Source of the DNA: Acidobacteriota bacterium
GTDB lineage: Bacteria > Acidobacteriota > Vicinamibacteria > Vicinamibacterales > 2-12-FULL-66-21
Reading direction: 5' to 3'
Length of the DNA stretch: 64,000 nucleotides
Assembly: GCA_003222675.1 (NCBI GenBank)
Contig: QHWT01000078.1
Coordinates: 12,731-76,730 of the forward strand
Below, piece after piece: positions 34,276-43,618 of the stretch. The notes below the pieces were generated by a model that had not been told where the DNA came from, searched no databases, and saw nothing but the letters and a program-made list of their open reading frames with translations. A program made the position numbers and the translations under genes. Within the stretch, counting starts at the first letter, position 1. Each line of letters opens with the position of its first letter.

Positions 34276-34452
34276 AACCGCTGACGCCCCTTCCCAGTGT
34301 CGTCAGGCAACGATGTCGTCGAGCCACTGACGAACTCGTCCACCTCATCGAGGGCCTGGACGGCATCGTCGGACCGACATCAGCTTCCGGCGTTTTCGAT
34401 TTCGCTCGTTAGAACACCGAGATAAGTGCGCAATTGGCGGCTGTACCGATGG

Positions 34453-34824
34453 TCATTTCTTCATCATTCCGCCCATCTTCTGCATCATGTCCATCATGCT
34501 CATGCACTGCTCCATCTGACCTTTCATCTCCGTGAGCGGCTTCTGCGCATCGTCAAGGGCGGCACGCATCTTTGCCGGATCATTCGATGCGCTGGCGTCG
34601 GTCATCTTCTTCATCATCTCGTCCATCTGCTTGGTCGCCATGCTGCAGTGCTCGCGGCACTGTTTCATCATGTCGTCCATAGACATCGAGCTCTTCGCCG
34701 CATCTTGCTTGGCAGGCGCTGTCTGAGGCGGAGCTGACGTGTTTGCCGACTGCGAGTATGCGGGGAGCGCCAATGCAAGCGCCAAAGCTCCTGCCGCTAA
34801 CGCTGTTGAATACCCTGGCTTCAT
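34453..34824 (-). CDS. secreted Met-rich helical protein (putative Cu/Ag binding)
   Basis: It has a signal peptide (ALAAGALALALALPAYSQS). The mature part is very Met-rich (MSMDDMMKQCREHCSM...MDEMMKKM...MEQCMSMMDMMQKMGGMMKK). Confidence 0.65.
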   Translation of the reverse strand: MKPGYSTALAAGALALALALPAYSQSANTSAPPQTAPAKQDAAKSSMSMDDMMKQCREHCSMATKQMDEMMKKMTDASASNDPAKMRAALDDAQKPLTEMKGQMEQCMSMMDMMQKMGGMMKK

Positions 34825-34840
34825 GTGCTTCTCCTTCTGG

Positions 34841-35296
34841 TTACTTCGCCGTGACCGTCACTTTCTTCTGGCCGATCTCTTTCCCGTTCTGCCTCACGCG
34901 AACGGTCGCGTTCCATTTGCCCGCCATCGTCACCTGCCCTGTGCCGGTGTAAGTCCCGCCTCCCGCCGAGGTCAATTTCACTTCGTTGCGCATCTCCGGC
35001 ATCTTCATGGCCGGCATCGCGGGCATCACCAGCAGCACGGACACATCGGCATCACTGATTGGCTTGCCGTCAGCACCTTTGACCATGACTTCGAACTGGT
35101 TGTCGCCGGTCGTTGCTGCAGTCGGCTTCATCAGCATGATGTCGAGCTTTGACGCTTTGGGCTTGTTCGTCGACTTTGCTGCCGCTTGCATTGCGAGCGC
35201 TGATACCGTGACTCCACTCAGCGCCACGACAGCGATACCGGTCATGAAATGCTTTTTAACCGCTTCAATGATTCGCCCTACGTTATGCATACTCAT
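34841..35296 (-). CDS. FixH/YtkA-like periplasmic domain protein
   Basis: It has an N-terminal anchor, then DNQFEVMVKGADGKPISDADVSVLLVMPAMPAMKMPEMRNEVKLTSAGGGTYTGTGQVTMAGKWNATVRV. This closely parallels the C-terminal domain of the CusB-like protein at 39221-39540. Confidence 0.65.
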   Translation of the reverse strand: MSMHNVGRIIEAVKKHFMTGIAVVALSGVTVSALAMQAAAKSTNKPKASKLDIMLMKPTAATTGDNQFEVMVKGADGKPISDADVSVLLVMPAMPAMKMPEMRNEVKLTSAGGGTYTGTGQVTMAGKWNATVRVRQNGKEIGQKKVTVTAK

Positions 35297-35334
35297 TCAC
35301 TCCTTCGTGTCGCGTTAGCGCGACGGTCGATGGT

Positions 35335-35883
35335 CTACCGCTCCACAGGGGACCTCGGCGTCGGCGTTCCTTTGCCGAATTTCGGCGCGTACTGTTGCTC
35401 GATAGCTGTGCGTATCGCTGCGATCTTCGTCCCCTGCTCGTACATTCGCTTCGCATCACGTGCAACGTCCAGGCACACGCCGCACATGGTGGCGTGCGAG
35501 TCCCACTGCGGGACGCCGGCGGCGGTGCGTCCTCGCAGATAGCAGTCGCGATTGCTCACGTGGCCCTCTCGCTCGCAACCGCAGTCGCACGGCATGTACT
35601 GCAGCACGTCATCGCCATGCCGGCCGGCGAAGACATATGCAGCCTCGACCACGCCGAGCGGCCGCACCAGACCGGCGGGAGCCGTCGGCAACGGAGGCCA
35701 CGACGGGTCCCAGTCGGCCATTGCCCGCTGCTCTTCGGCGCGCATGGCGTCATCGCGTACCGACGTCTGGATGATCAGTCCCGCAATCAATGCGAGCAGC
35801 GCCACGCCGGTGACGATCACCAACAGGGGCGGCCTTTTCGAAAGCGGTCGCCTTCGGTCTCTCTTGCGTGGTCCGGCTTTCAT
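35335..35883 (-). CDS. PCYCGC-motif family protein (membrane-anchored)
   Basis: It has a TM anchor, then YMPCDCGCEREGHVSNRDCY...HATMCGVCLDVA, matching the 'PCYCGC motif' family pattern. Confidence 0.7.
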   Translation of the reverse strand: MKAGPRKRDRRRPLSKRPPLLVIVTGVALLALIAGLIIQTSVRDDAMRAEEQRAMADWDPSWPPLPTAPAGLVRPLGVVEAAYVFAGRHGDDVLQYMPCDCGCEREGHVSNRDCYLRGRTAAGVPQWDSHATMCGVCLDVARDAKRMYEQGTKIAAIRTAIEQQYAPKFGKGTPTPRSPVER

Positions 35884-35944
35884 TCAATTCCGCTCCTTTG
35901 GTATTTCGGACATGTGCGCTGCCTGACCTCATGATGTTCTTCAG

Positions 35945-38900
35945 TTACAGCGTCATACGCGACACCTTCAACGTGCCCTTGCGCAGTGCACGCGCCTTCA
36001 TGATGTAGAAAATCACCGGCGTGATGATGAGGACATGAATCGTCGACGTGATCATTCCGCCGATGATGGGCGCCGCGATCGGCTTCATGACATCTGAACC
36101 CACCCCGGTGCTCCACATGATGGGCACGAGCGCCGCCATCACGACGCTCACGGTCATCAGCTTCGGCCTGAGTCGCAATACGGATCCCGCGATCGTCGCC
36201 TCGCGAACATCGGCTTCCGTCATCTGGCCACCGCGATGCAGCCGTTTATCGAGCGCTTCGTGCAGATACACGACCATCACCACTCCGGTCTGCACCGCTA
36301 CGCCGTACAGCGCGATATAGCCGACCCACACGGCCACCGAAAAGTTGTACCCGAGCAACCATTGGAGGATGACACCGCCGGTCATCGCGTACACGACTGA
36401 CAGCATCACGATGCTGGCTTCCGAGGCCGAATGGAATGTCACGTAGAGCAGTATGAAGATGATGAAGAACACGATCGGAATGAGAATCTTCAGTCGCTCA
36501 CGGGCGCGAACCTGGAATTCGTACTGGCCCGTCCAAATGAGGGTGTAGCCAGGCGGCAGTTTGACTTGCTGCGCAACAGCGCGTTTGGCCTGATCCACGT
36601 ACCCGCCGACGTCACGCGTCACGGTGTCGAGGTAGATGTATCCGGCGAGCTGCGCATTTTCATCGCGAATCATCGCCGGCCCCGGCGTCAACGTAATTTC
36701 GGCCAATTGGCTGAGCGGGATCTGAGCACCCATCGGTGTCTTCACAAGCACCCGCTGCAGATCCGGGAGGCTCTCGCGGAAACCTTGCTCGTAGCGAACA
36801 TTGACCGGGTACCGCTCCCGGCCCTCGATCGTCAGGGTGATGTTCTGCCCGCCGATGGCCGATTCGATGACATCTTCCACATCGCCCACACTGAGGCCGT
36901 GTCTCGCGATGGCCTCGCGGTCGATGCGAATGTCCGTGAAGTAGCCCTGTGCGACGCGCTCCGCATACACGCTGCGCGTACCTGGAATGTCCTTGAGCGC
37001 GCGTTCGATCTCCTGCCCGAGTCGCTGAATCTCATTCAGATCCGACCCGAGCACCTTGATGCCGACGGTCGTCTTGATGCCCGTCAGCAGCATGTCGAGA
37101 CGATTGCGAATAGGCTGGGTCCAGACGTTCGGGAAGCCGGGAAACTGCATCTCAGCATCCATGTCGGCCTGGAGTTTCTCGAGCGTCATGCCAGCCCGCC
37201 ACTCCTCACGCGGCTTCAGCATGACCGTCGTATTCACCATGCCCATCGGGGTGTTGTCTGTCGGCGTGCTGCCCCGTCCCACGGTGCCGAACACCCGCTC
37301 GACTTCCGGGTACGTGCGAAGCACTTTGTCCTGCACCTGGAGCATCCGTGTGGCCTCGGTAATCGACAGGCCTGGCGGCGACGTCGGCATATACAGCTGC
37401 GAGCCTTCGTAGAGCGGCGGCATGAACTCACTGCCGATGACGAACAACAGCGGGATGGTGAGCGGAACGACGGCAAAATTCAGTAACAGCGCCGTCCATT
37501 TCCATGAGAGGGCGAGCCGAAGCACAGGCGCGTACAACCACGTGAAGAACCGGGAAATGGGATTCTCTGATTCGGGTTTCAGGCGTTTGCCGCGAATGAA
37601 GATCGTCATTAGCACCGGCACCAACGTGATCGAGAGCGCCGATGCGAAGACCATCGCGAACGTCTTCGTGAAGGCCAGCGGACGGAACATCCGGCCTTCC
37701 TGAGCCTCCAGCAGGAACACCGGCACGAACGAGACAACGATGATGGCCAATGAGAAGAAAATTGCTCGTCCGACCTGCTTCGCAGCGTGGATGATGAGCC
37801 GCGGCTGGTCTTCTATTGATGGCGGGGCCCCCTGCACCCCGCCAGGCTCGTCGCTCGCGGGGACCCCTTCGCCCCGCTCCGCTCCCCTCCCGGACGGGGA
37901 CTCAGGTCCGCGCGGCTGCGCACTGACGGTGTGTTCCGGCTCGGACACGTGACGATAGGCGTTTTCGACCATGACGATCGAGGCGTCCACGAGCACGCCG
38001 ATGGCAAGCGCCAAGCCGCCCAACGACATGATGTTCGAGGACACGCCGAGGTAATACATCGGGATGAACGACGCCACGACGGCGATCGGGAGCGTGAGGA
38101 TTGGGACGAGCGCGGACCGGAAATGAAACAGGAAGATGATGATCACGATCGAGACGACGATCGATTCTTCGATCAACGTGCGTCGCAGCGTGCTGATCGA
38201 CTCGCCGATCAGCCACGAACGGTCGTAGGTCGGTACGATCTTCACGCCCGGAGGCATCGAATGCTGCACCTCCTGGAGTTTTGCCTTGACCCCGTCGATG
38301 ACCTTGAGCGCGTTTTCTCCAAAGCGCATCACGACGATGCCGCCGACGACCTCGCCTCTCCCGTCGAGTTCAGCCACACCTCGGCGAATATCGGGACCGA
38401 GACGCACCTGTGCGACATCACGCACGCGAATGGGCGTCCCCCGCGGGTCCGCGCCTAACGACACGCCTTCGATGTCGGCGATGGATTTGAGATATCCGCG
38501 CCCGCGGACCATGTACTCGCGGCCGGCGAATTCCAGCAGCCGCCCCTCGACATCGTTGTTGCTGGTTCTGATCGCCTGGACGACGTCCTTGACGCCAAGG
38601 TTGTACGCCGACAATTTATTCGGATCGAGGTTCACCTGATACTGCTTGACGAATCCGCCAATCGCCGCCACCTCCGCGACGCCGGGAACGGATGCCAGCC
38701 AATAGCGCAAGTACCAATCCTGAAATCCGCGAAGGTCGGCCAGGTTGTGGGCCCCCGTTTCGTCGACCAGCGCGTACTCGAATACCCAACCGACGCCGGT
38801 TGCGTCCGGACCGATGACCGGATTGACGCCTTCCGGCATGCGTCCACGAATCCCCCCCAGGTACTCGACCACGCGGCTGCGCGCCCAGTAGATGTCGGTC

Positions 38901-39199
38901 CCGTCCTGGAAAATCACGTAGACGTACGAGATGCCGAAGTCGGTGAAGCCGCGGACCGACTTGACGCGCGGTGTCGAGATCAATGAGGTGACAATCGGAT
39001 ACGTGATCTGATCCTCAATCAGATCGGGACTGCGGCCCATCCACTCGGTCGAGACGATGACTTGCACGTCGGAGATATCCGGAACCGCGTCCAGTGGCGT
39101 TTGAGTCATCGTCCACACGCCCCAGAACACGAGCACGATCACACCCGTGAACACCAGGAACCGGTTGCCCGCGCACCAGTCGATAGTTCTTTCAATCAT
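35945..39199 (-). CDS. cusA: heavy-metal efflux RND pump, CusA type
   Basis: Intact 1084-aa ORF with 12-TM RND architecture. The TM4 motif LGGLALAIGVLVDASIVMVENA is the AIG...VDA...EN type seen in CusA, not the DFG...DGA type of CzcA (recalled knowledge). It contains a ~45-aa low-complexity insert (PRGPESPSGRGAERGEG...). Confidence 0.95.
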   Translation of the reverse strand: MIERTIDWCAGNRFLVFTGVIVLVFWGVWTMTQTPLDAVPDISDVQVIVSTEWMGRSPDLIEDQITYPIVTSLISTPRVKSVRGFTDFGISYVYVIFQDGTDIYWARSRVVEYLGGIRGRMPEGVNPVIGPDATGVGWVFEYALVDETGAHNLADLRGFQDWYLRYWLASVPGVAEVAAIGGFVKQYQVNLDPNKLSAYNLGVKDVVQAIRTSNNDVEGRLLEFAGREYMVRGRGYLKSIADIEGVSLGADPRGTPIRVRDVAQVRLGPDIRRGVAELDGRGEVVGGIVVMRFGENALKVIDGVKAKLQEVQHSMPPGVKIVPTYDRSWLIGESISTLRRTLIEESIVVSIVIIIFLFHFRSALVPILTLPIAVVASFIPMYYLGVSSNIMSLGGLALAIGVLVDASIVMVENAYRHVSEPEHTVSAQPRGPESPSGRGAERGEGVPASDEPGGVQGAPPSIEDQPRLIIHAAKQVGRAIFFSLAIIVVSFVPVFLLEAQEGRMFRPLAFTKTFAMVFASALSITLVPVLMTIFIRGKRLKPESENPISRFFTWLYAPVLRLALSWKWTALLLNFAVVPLTIPLLFVIGSEFMPPLYEGSQLYMPTSPPGLSITEATRMLQVQDKVLRTYPEVERVFGTVGRGSTPTDNTPMGMVNTTVMLKPREEWRAGMTLEKLQADMDAEMQFPGFPNVWTQPIRNRLDMLLTGIKTTVGIKVLGSDLNEIQRLGQEIERALKDIPGTRSVYAERVAQGYFTDIRIDREAIARHGLSVGDVEDVIESAIGGQNITLTIEGRERYPVNVRYEQGFRESLPDLQRVLVKTPMGAQIPLSQLAEITLTPGPAMIRDENAQLAGYIYLDTVTRDVGGYVDQAKRAVAQQVKLPPGYTLIWTGQYEFQVRARERLKILIPIVFFIIFILLYVTFHSASEASIVMLSVVYAMTGGVILQWLLGYNFSVAVWVGYIALYGVAVQTGVVMVVYLHEALDKRLHRGGQMTEADVREATIAGSVLRLRPKLMTVSVVMAALVPIMWSTGVGSDVMKPIAAPIIGGMITSTIHVLIITPVIFYIMKARALRKGTLKVSRMTL

Positions 39200-39220
39200 C
39201 AGCGTTCTCGCACGAGACCG

Positions 39221-40792
39221 TCACCGCGCGGTCACAATCAGTTGCTTGGCGCCGATTCGCTGGCCGCCTTTGCTGACGACGACCGTCACATCCCATCGGC
39301 CGGCCATCATCACCTCGCCTGACCCGCGGTAGACGCCGCCACCCGCCGGGGCTACCTTGACCTCGTTACGCATGGCCGGCATGTTCATCGTCGGCATGGC
39401 GGCCATGTTGAATTGCAGCGACACCTGCGCATCCTCGATCGGCTTGCCGTCGGCGCCCTTCACGGTGACTTCAAACGCGTTCTCACCGGTCTTTGGCGGA
39501 TCGGGCTGAGTGCGCACGGCTATATCGAGTCGCTCACGCTGCGCGGGAGCCCCGGCATTCGCCGGCGGCGTCTCGAATCCCTGGAGTGATCCACGAAGCT
39601 GGCTCTCGGAATCGAGGAAGAACGCGGCGCCGGTCGCGACCTGCTCCCCTTCCTTCAGGCCCTCGAGGATCTGGACCGATTCCCGAAATCGAAGGCCGAC
39701 TTTCACATTCCGCGGCTCGAAGTAGCCATCCCCGACCAATACGAAGGCGACCTGCTGTCGCCCCGAGTCGAGAACAGCGTTTGTCGGCACCGTCAGGCCA
39801 GCGACGGCGGGTCCGCGCAAGTCCACGTTCGCATACATCCCCGGCTTCAGACGTCCACCGGCATTCGGGAATTCGAAACGGACTTTGACCGTCCGGGTCT
39901 GCTCGGTCACCGTCGGGTACACGTACACCGCACGCCCGTTGAACGGTTGGCCGGGGTACGAATCCACGGTCACCGTCGCTGGCCCTCCGACACGGACCAT
40001 GGGCACCTCGTTTTCATAGACTTCCGCCTCTACCCACACGGCCGAGAGGTCCGCGATTTTGTAGAGGGTCTGTCCCGGCATCACGTGCATACCCTTGAGC
40101 GCCGTTTTCTCGATCACGAAGCCGGTGACCGGCGACCGAAATGTCACGTTCGTCTGAGGCTCTCGCGTCCGCTCGAGTGCCTCAATCTGCTCCGGTGGCA
40201 AGTCCCATAACGTGAGCCGCTGCCGCGCAGACGACGCCAGACGATCCGCGTACTCGCGGCTGTCTGGGAGTTGCGACTCCTGCATCTGGTCGCGCGTTTT
40301 CAGTGCCAGCAGGTATTCGTTCTGCGTCGTCAGGACTTCGGGGCTGTACAGCGTGAACAGGGGCTGGCCCTTTCGAATGGATTGGCCGGTGTAGTCGACG
40401 TACAAATCACGGATCCATCCTTCGAGTTTGAGGTTGATGTCCGCCAGACGAGTCTCGTCGTACCGAACGACCCCGACCGCTCTCACGTTCTGTTCCATGC
40501 GGCCACGCGTGACCGGTGTCGTACGCACGCCGATCAGTTGCTGCCGTCTTGGGTCGATCGTGACCTCGCTGCGAGCGGTGGTGTCCGCTGACGGATCGCC
40601 ACCAGAACGCTTGGCGTCGCCCTGATGATCAGCCATCGGCATGGGTGAGCCTGCCGTGGGCGCGCTGGCGCTAGATGCGGATCGCGCGCGCACGAAGCCC
40701 AGGAGACGTTCCCGAAACGCCCACCCGGTCGCGGCCAAGAGCGCGACCACAGCGACGATGACGAAGGGAAGAAGCCGCTTGCCATGAGCCAT
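39221..40792 (-). CDS. cusB: RND periplasmic adaptor (CusB-like) with a C-terminal FixH/YtkA-like domain
   Basis: 523 aa with a membrane-fusion-protein core (barrel-sandwich, coiled-coil hairpin). A ~105-aa C-terminal extension reads ENAFEVTVKGADGKPIEDAQVSLQFNMAAMPTMNMPAMRNEVKV...AGRWDVTVVV. Confidence 0.9.
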   Translation of the reverse strand: MAHGKRLLPFVIVAVVALLAATGWAFRERLLGFVRARSASSASAPTAGSPMPMADHQGDAKRSGGDPSADTTARSEVTIDPRRQQLIGVRTTPVTRGRMEQNVRAVGVVRYDETRLADINLKLEGWIRDLYVDYTGQSIRKGQPLFTLYSPEVLTTQNEYLLALKTRDQMQESQLPDSREYADRLASSARQRLTLWDLPPEQIEALERTREPQTNVTFRSPVTGFVIEKTALKGMHVMPGQTLYKIADLSAVWVEAEVYENEVPMVRVGGPATVTVDSYPGQPFNGRAVYVYPTVTEQTRTVKVRFEFPNAGGRLKPGMYANVDLRGPAVAGLTVPTNAVLDSGRQQVAFVLVGDGYFEPRNVKVGLRFRESVQILEGLKEGEQVATGAAFFLDSESQLRGSLQGFETPPANAGAPAQRERLDIAVRTQPDPPKTGENAFEVTVKGADGKPIEDAQVSLQFNMAAMPTMNMPAMRNEVKVAPAGGGVYRGSGEVMMAGRWDVTVVVSKGGQRIGAKQLIVTAR

Positions 40793-40796
40793 ATCG

Positions 40797-42149
40797 TTAT
40801 TTCGTTCCGTTCACGATGGACGCCGTGGCCGGTGGTATCTCCATCCCTACCGCGCGTTCAAGATCCGCCAGCGCCTGCGCTTGCTCGCTGAGCGCTTTGA
40901 AGTAGTCAAGCTGCGATGTCAGAAGAACACGCTGGTTGTCAATGAGCGCGAGGAAATCGACACGGTCCGTTTGATAGGCGATGCGTGAGACTTCGAGCGT
41001 CTGTCGAGACTGCGGCAGGATCGTCGAACGCAGCAACGTCGCGCGTTGTTCAGCGGCTTTGGCGCGGAGATACGCTTCCTGCACCGCAAACCGTAAGGCG
41101 TTTTCCGCGCTCTGTTGGCCGGCGGTTGCAGCTTCGACGTTGGCCGTCGCTTCCGCCACCTTCGCGTCCAACCTGCCGCGGACCCATGGCGCGGTCGGCC
41201 ACGTCATGCCGACTCTCACCAACAGTGAGTCGGTCTGTCCCGGCATGAGCAGATACCCGCCTTGGAACGAGAAGTCAGGCTTGTATTCCCGTTTCGCGAC
41301 GGCGAGTTCCGCCTGCGAACGTTCGATCGCGAGACGCGTCCTCTGAAGTTCCGGTTGGCTCTTGAGCGCAAGACTCTGCAACACGTCAATCGCAGGCAGC
41401 GGCACGTGTTCCCGAGGCTCTTCCAACGGACCGACCGGCCCGGCGATCGGTCGATTCAGCAGCCGATTGAGCCGCGCCGCAGCGACCTGTGCCTGGAGGT
41501 CGAGAACAATGAGATCGTCATGAAGCTTGGCGACCTCCACAACTGCCTTGAGTACGTCCTGCTGCGAGATGCGACCCGTCTCGTATTTCGCTTGCGTCAC
41601 GTCGACGAACTGACGCAGGAGGTCGACGCTGGTCAGGTGGATGTCGATGGCTTTGCGGCTGACGAACAAATCCGCGTACGCGCGTTTGACGTCGTCGATC
41701 ACTTCGCGCGCGCGTACGGCGATGTCATTCTCCGCCAGGTCGACACCTTTCTGAGCGACCGCCGCTCGCAACGCACGCTTTCCGCGACCGGGAACGTCCT
41801 GATTCATCATGAACATGTACATGTTCGTGTTCGCGGGATTCAGTGAATTCAGCGGCCACTGCCAGATCTGCGCGTCAAACGTGGGCGCCATCAGAAACCG
41901 CTCTTGTGCCGGACGAAATCGTGCGGCTTCGAATTGCCTGCGCAATGCGATCAGTTCAGGGTTCTTTTCGAGCGCCTCGCTGAGCGCCGCTTGCAGCGCC
42001 AGAGGAGGCCCGTCGTAGACGGGCCGTTCCCCAAACGCATGCAGTTGGCGCTGGAGCGCCTCGACGTCGGGTGCAGCGGCACCGACGCCGACAGACGCTC
42101 CAAAGACGACGAGGCCGACGACGAAGACAAGTCGATTGCGCATGTTCAA
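40797..42149 (-). CDS. cusC: TolC-family outer membrane efflux protein (CusC-like)
   Basis: 450 aa with a signal peptide and two OEP repeats (...AQVAAARLNRLLNRP..., ...QLDYFKALSEQAQALADLERAVG). Confidence 0.9.
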   Translation of the reverse strand: MNMRNRLVFVVGLVVFGASVGVGAAAPDVEALQRQLHAFGERPVYDGPPLALQAALSEALEKNPELIALRRQFEAARFRPAQERFLMAPTFDAQIWQWPLNSLNPANTNMYMFMMNQDVPGRGKRALRAAVAQKGVDLAENDIAVRAREVIDDVKRAYADLFVSRKAIDIHLTSVDLLRQFVDVTQAKYETGRISQQDVLKAVVEVAKLHDDLIVLDLQAQVAAARLNRLLNRPIAGPVGPLEEPREHVPLPAIDVLQSLALKSQPELQRTRLAIERSQAELAVAKREYKPDFSFQGGYLLMPGQTDSLLVRVGMTWPTAPWVRGRLDAKVAEATANVEAATAGQQSAENALRFAVQEAYLRAKAAEQRATLLRSTILPQSRQTLEVSRIAYQTDRVDFLALIDNQRVLLTSQLDYFKALSEQAQALADLERAVGMEIPPATASIVNGTK

Positions 42150-42191
42150 CGTTGCTCCTCAAGCGTTGCTATCGCACAGTCACGCCCGCCA

Positions 42192-42539
42192 TTAACGCCG
42201 GCATGGATTCCAAACCGTGCCGCGCGGCTCAGTGTTGATGCGGATTAACTTTGCAGCGGCGGGATCGTCGGGCCGCAACTCGACGGCGACGCACTCTCCG
42301 GCACGCAGCGCTCGCCGATCCACGCGCGTGTCTTGTTGCCAGGGCCGCTGAGTGATCCACTTCACAAAGCCGGTCCTCGCGTCCAGATGCACGGACCGCA
42401 CGGCTCCGGCCTTCGTCATGACTTGAACTGAATCTTCTCCGGTGCTTTCGACCATTCCGACGAGCGTGTCCGCCGCGCGGGCGGACGACGCCAAAATCAG
42501 CAGCGCACAGCCGACGAGGAGAATTCGAGACCTTCGCAT
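42192..42539 (-). CDS. small secreted protein (hypothetical) heading the cus operon
   Basis: Internal ATG giving MRRSRILLVGCALLILASSARA (signal peptide). ~115 aa, beta-rich. Confidence 0.45.
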   Translation of the reverse strand: MRRSRILLVGCALLILASSARAADTLVGMVESTGEDSVQVMTKAGAVRSVHLDARTGFVKWITQRPWQQDTRVDRRALRAGECVAVELRPDDPAAAKLIRINTEPRGTVWNPCRR

Positions 42540-42639
42540 ATGCCACCTCACGCACTTGGATGCCGACGAACGGCGGAGCTACCGCCGGAGTCCGGTCTTA
42601 ACGGAGCGACACCAACCGGGTGAACAAAAAGCGAAGGTT

Positions 42640-43014
42640 TTAGAGGAGGAAAACCGAATCGAGGAGGTAGGTCGGCGTGTCGAGCTGCAATGGTCGCGGC
42701 GCGTACGATTCACCGAGTCGCTTGGCCTGGACCTGAATGACCAACACCACAGGGGCGTGGTCGACCAGCCTAACCAGTTGCAATTGAGGCGGTGCAGAAT
42801 TAAGCAACTTCGCGGCAGTGGATTGCCGCTCTTCATTGGACGTGCTGCAGCACGTCATCTTGCCCTCAGACGATGGGGCGTCATGTGACCGCGTGCAGAT
42901 CATCCCGTCCATCTTCATGGCCGCGGGCGGCGGAGTATCGGCACACGTGATTGCCGACCAGCCGAACGCGGCTATGAGCACGAACCCGATGAATCGAACA
43001 CGCCAACGAGGCAC
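42640..43014 (-). CDS. small secreted Cys/Met-containing protein (hypothetical)
   Basis: It has a signal-like N-terminus (FIGFVLIAAFGWSAITCA), then MKMDGMICTRSH...KMTCCS. Confidence 0.4.
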   Translation of the reverse strand: MPRWRVRFIGFVLIAAFGWSAITCADTPPPAAMKMDGMICTRSHDAPSSEGKMTCCSTSNEERQSTAAKLLNSAPPQLQLVRLVDHAPVVLVIQVQAKRLGESYAPRPLQLDTPTYLLDSVFLL

Positions 43015-43183
43015 ATTCCGATTGTCACGCCTTGGTCGAGCGTTGTCAACTTACGTCCGCCGCATGTCCGCCAGACGTGTGACGACAGTGGGTGCGCCGC
43101 GAGCGGCAGCCTATGCTTCCGAAGGTGCGGAAGATCCGCCGTTGGGAGGCACGTTGCAGTTGCGCCCGACAGCGCGATGATCG

Positions 43184-43618
43184 CTACGGCGACGTGTCGA
43201 GGTGTTCGGAGGGCCACGGCGCGACGCTCTTGCCAGCAATGATCGCCCGCACGTCTCGTTCAAGCGCATCGGGCAGATACGGCTTCAACCGGACAATCGC
43301 GCATCCTTGGGAGAGCGCCGCTTTCACGTTCGCGCGTTGTGACGATGCGGTCACGAGCAATGTCGGGACCTTCGCAGTGCGATCATCGTGCTTGAGGCGA
43401 TTGCACAATTCCGCACCGGACGCGCCGGGCAGCCGAAAATCCGTCACAACAACCGCGGGCCGCACGGCCGTCGCGACGTTGAATCCGTCTTCGGCGTCGG
43501 CGGCCGTCAGCACCTTGAATCCAGCGTACGTAAGCGAATCCGCGTACAGTTCGCGCGTATCTTGATGGTCTTCGACGAGTACGATAACGGGCCGCTTAGG
43601 CACGAGTACACCAGACAC
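43184..43618 (-). CDS. stand-alone response-regulator receiver domain protein
   Basis: CheY-like pattern: VIVLVEDHQDTRELY...VVVTDFRLPGASGAELC...VPTLLVTASS...VRLKPYLPDAL. There is no output domain and no kinase nearby. Confidence 0.75.
   Translation of the reverse strand: MSGVLVPKRPVIVLVEDHQDTRELYADSLTYAGFKVLTAADAEDGFNVATAVRPAVVVTDFRLPGASGAELCNRLKHDDRTAKVPTLLVTASSQRANVKAALSQGCAIVRLKPYLPDALERDVRAIIAGKSVAPWPSEHLDTSP

Noticed and set aside
36431-37486. Large antisense ORFs inside the RND genes (for example 36431-37486, 49487-50644, 49924-50898 and 37931-38458).
   Set aside because: These are typical GC-rich shadow ORFs. Their composition is biased toward R/A/P/H/D, no motifs are recognisable, and the opposite strand encodes unmistakable CusA-type pumps.
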